A stretch of 64,000 nucleotides of DNA. It comes from an uncultured Alphaproteobacteria bacterium. Lineage in GTDB: Bacteria; Pseudomonadota; Alphaproteobacteria; Rs-D84. The DNA lies in contig CAMORN010000001.1 of the NCBI GenBank assembly GCA_946623825.1, forward strand, positions 322,246 to 386,245, read 5' to 3'. Position 1 is the first letter of the stretch, and each line of letters begins with the position of its first letter. Positions 61,410 through 64,000 of the stretch are shown one piece after another. The translations under genes were made by a program, and so were the position numbers. The notes beneath the pieces are model-generated. The model searched no databases, was not told the DNA's origin, and saw only the letters and a program-made list of their open reading frames with translations.

Positions 61410-64000
61410 TTAATTTAATTTTCCATGACAATGTTTGTATTTCAACCCAGAACCGCATGGACACAATGCGTTGCGGCTGATATTCATATTTGCCATATTA
61501 TTTTCATTTTGATTCAGATTTGAATCATGTTCTGCCTGTTGTTGTGCTGTTGCATCAACATCTTCTTGTGTTAATTCCATACGGCAAATATACGCAACAG
61601 ATATTGTTTTGAAATTCATAATTGTGTTTTTAAACAATTCAAGAGCTTCGTTTTTATATTCATACAATGGATTTTTCTGGGCATATCCACGCAAACCAAT
61701 AGAACCCTGTAAATAATCCATTTGTTGCAAATGACGTTTCCAAACACTGTCCAATGCACCCAACATCATTTGACGCTGTGCAACCTGTAATAATTCTGGA
61801 CCATATTTTTCACATTGTTGTTTATAACGACGCATTGCCAATCTTAACAATGTTTCATATGCAGCGCGTTCAGATACAGATTCATCTGTTTTCCATTTGT
61901 CTAAATCAGTGATATCGAGCGAGAATATACGCATCATATCATTATGAATTCCGTCCAAATTCCAATCCATTGGGTGCGCTTTTTCAGGAATATTGTTTTC
62001 ACAAATAATTTCAACAACATCACCAATTAATTCTTCTACAAATGGATTCAGGTTTTTAGAACTCATCAAATCATCGCGTTGTTTATAAATAACCGTTCTT
62101 TGATCATTCATAACATTGTCGTATTTCAACAATTCTTTACGCGCTTCAAAATATCTGGCTTCTACGCGTTTTTGTGCTTTTTCAAGCGCCTTGGTTATCC
62201 ATGGATGTGTGATTGCTTCGCCAGGTTTCAATCCAAGATTTGTTAACATATTTTCCAATCTGGACGCACCGAATATACGCATTAAATCGTCGTCCAATGC
62301 TAAAAAGAATTTAGAATCTCCTGGGTCACCCTGACGACCAGAACGTCCACGCAATTGATTATCAATACGACGAGATTCATGTCTTTCTGTGCCGATAACA
62401 TATAAACCGCCAGCATCTAATACCAATTGTTTGTTTTTTTCAATTCTGTCTATGATTTCTTTTTTCTTTTCTTCAAAATCAGGTGCGTTTTCATCCAATT
62501 CAGCAATTAAATCTTCTGCATTACCACCCAATTTAATATCGGTTCCACGACCCGCCATATTTGTTGCAATTGTCACAGCCCCTGGTGCACCCGCTTGTGA
62601 TACAATTTTCGCTTCGCTTTCATGGTGTTTTGCGTTTAATACCGCTGGGGTTATACCTAATTTTTCACGAACAATTTTTGCCAATTCTTCTGATTTTTCA
62701 ATAGATACAGTTCCCACCAATACCGGTTGTTGACGGTCCATACATTCTTTGATTTGTTTAATAATCGCATCGTATTTTTCAGATTTATTGCGATAAATTT
62801 CATCATGATGATCAATACGCGCAACTGGTTTATTTGTAGGTATAGAAACAACACGCAATTTATATATTTCTTCAAATTCAGCTGCTTCTGTCATTGCTGT
62901 TCCGGTCATACCTGCCAATTTAGGATACATTCTGAATAAATTTTGATAAGATATGCTGGATACAGTTTGATTTTCAGGTTGAACCTCTACATGTTCTTTT
63001 GCTTCAATTGCCTGATGTAAACCTTTACCAAAACGACGGCCAGACATTACACGACCTGTAAATTCATCAACAATTAAAACTTCGCCATCACGAACGACAT
63101 AATTTACATTTTTGATATACAAATGGTGTGCTAACAAAGATTGTTGAATATGCATAACCAAAATGGCATTTTCAGACGCATATAAATTATCCCCAACCAA
63201 AATACCTGCATCTTTCAATAAACTTGTTGCGTGATCAATACCCGCATCTGTCAAAGTAACATGTCTGTCTTTTTCATCTATTTTGTAATCTTCTGGAACC
63301 AATTGTGCAACCACAGCATCAACTTTGTTATACAATTCACTTGTATCTTCTGCTGGCCCAGAAATAATCAAAGGTGTTCTGGCTTCGTCAATTAAAATAC
63401 TGTCCACTTCGTCAACGATAGCATAAAAGAAAGGGCGCAATACCTGTTGTTCTTTTGTAAATTTCATATTGTCGCGCAAATAATCAAAACCCAATTCTGA
63501 ATTTGTAACATAGGTAATATCGCAATTATACGCGGCGCGTCTGTCTTCGTCCGACATATCGTGTTGAATGATACCAACACTCATACCCAAAAATCTGTAA
63601 ACCTGACCCATCCAACCCGCATCACGAGATGCCAAATAATCATTAACAGTAATTAAATGCGCACCTTTGCCATGCAAAGCTTTCAGATACAAAGCCAATG
63701 TGGCAACCAATGTTTTACCTTCACCGGTTTTCATTTCTGAAATCTGACCGTTTCCCAACACCATACCACCAATCAATTGCACATCAAAATGACGCAAACC
63801 AATTGAACGTTTAGAAGCCTCACGCACAGCAGCGAAAACATCTGGCAAAATATCTTTTTCTTTTTCGCCGTTTGCCAATCTTTCACGAAAAACATTAGTT
63901 AAATTATGAATTTCATCATCACTCATTGCAGCATATTTAGGTTCAAGCCCATTTATCAATGCCACAGTTTTATCGTAAGATTTTACCAATCTGTCATTTA
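61410..64000 (-). CDS. secA: Preprotein translocase ATPase SecA (5' end beyond the right window edge)
   Basis: MKTGEGKTLVATL Walker A, DEVDSILIDEARTPLIISG, TNMAGRGTDI, C-terminal zinc site CPCGSGLKYKHCHGK. The frame stays open upstream of the listed TTG (…NDRLVKSYDKTVALIN matches the SecA N-terminal region). Confidence 0.95.
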   Translation of the reverse strand, partial: NDRLVKSYDKTVALINGLEPKYAAMSDDEIHNLTNVFRERLANGEKEKDILPDVFAAVREASKRSIGLRHFDVQLIGGMVLGNGQISEMKTGEGKTLVATLALYLKALHGKGAHLITVNDYLASRDAGWMGQVYRFLGMSVGIIQHDMSDEDRRAAYNCDITYVTNSELGFDYLRDNMKFTKEQQVLRPFFYAIVDEVDSILIDEARTPLIISGPAEDTSELYNKVDAVVAQLVPEDYKIDEKDRHVTLTDAGIDHATSLLKDAGILVGDNLYASENAILVMHIQQSLLAHHLYIKNVNYVVRDGEVLIVDEFTGRVMSGRRFGKGLHQAIEAKEHVEVQPENQTVSSISYQNLFRMYPKLAGMTGTAMTEAAEFEEIYKLRVVSIPTNKPVARIDHHDEIYRNKSEKYDAIIKQIKECMDRQQPVLVGTVSIEKSEELAKIVREKLGITPAVLNAKHHESEAKIVSQAGAPGAVTIATNMAGRGTDIKLGGNAEDLIAELDENAPDFEEKKKEIIDRIEKNKQLVLDAGGLYVIGTERHESRRIDNQLRGRSGRQGDPGDSKFFLALDDDLMRIFGASRLENMLTNLGLKPGEAITHPWITKALEKAQKRVEARYFEARKELLKYDNVMNDQRTVIYKQRDDLMSSKNLNPFVEELIGDVVEIICENNIPEKAHPMDWNLDGIHNDMMRIFSLDITDLDKWKTDESVSERAAYETLLRLAMRRYKQQCEKYGPELLQVAQRQMMLGALDSVWKRHLQQMDYLQGSIGLRGYAQKNPLYEYKNEALELFKNTIMNFKTISVAYICRMELTQEDVDATAQQQAEHDSNLNQNENNMANMNISRNALCPCGSGLKYKHCHGKLN

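Noticed and set aside
1-64000. Looked for CRISPR arrays, rRNA genes, transposases, IS inverted ends and prophage blocks across the window.
   Set aside because: I saw no regularly spaced direct repeats, no rRNA-like conserved stretches, and no ORF with DDE, serine or tyrosine recombinase motifs. The only mobility hints are the HNH gene and the tRNA-Ser fragment.

Overview
AT-rich, gene-dense bacterial chromosomal window with about 55 protein genes and 3 tRNAs. I saw no rRNA, CRISPR array, transposase or IS end. The backbone is housekeeping: prfB, amiC, cysS, rpoD, recN, xseA, tsaD, rpsP-rimM-trmD-rplS, dnaK, rplY, gpmI, rsmH, dnaE and secA. Several markers suggest an alphaproteobacterium, possibly host-associated (inference): a DUF1013/TrcR-like protein, DUF2155, an AddA-type helicase-nuclease, S16 with an Ala/Glu-rich tail, and tRNAs that encode their CCA. 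The main candidate for something new is the minus-strand block 31787..45236. It holds a 10 kb gene for a 3,324-aa secreted mosaic protein with LRR-like repeats, about 18 InlB-type B-repeats, four Cys-rich modules and an unassigned C-terminus. Directly upstream and co-directional are four tightly spaced genes: a LysM/Ig-like membrane protein, an 87-aa basic protein, a minimal radical SAM enzyme, and a 357-aa protein with periodic basic repeats. Other accessory items are listed here:
- an AbiEii-like nucleotidyltransferase translationally coupled to a metallophosphoesterase, with no AbiEi partner
- a Fic/Doc-like protein lacking the catalytic His
- an AccD-AccA fusion
- an AddA gene split at a T6 run
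- a family of secreted Cys-rich proteins, one near each end of the window
- three unknown ORFs inserted in the rpsP-rplS operon
- an HNH endonuclease next to tRNA-Gly
- a 17-nt duplicate of the tRNA-Ser 3' end
- the prfB +1 frameshift site, which the ORF track misses
All functional calls rest on motifs read by eye. No database search was possible.
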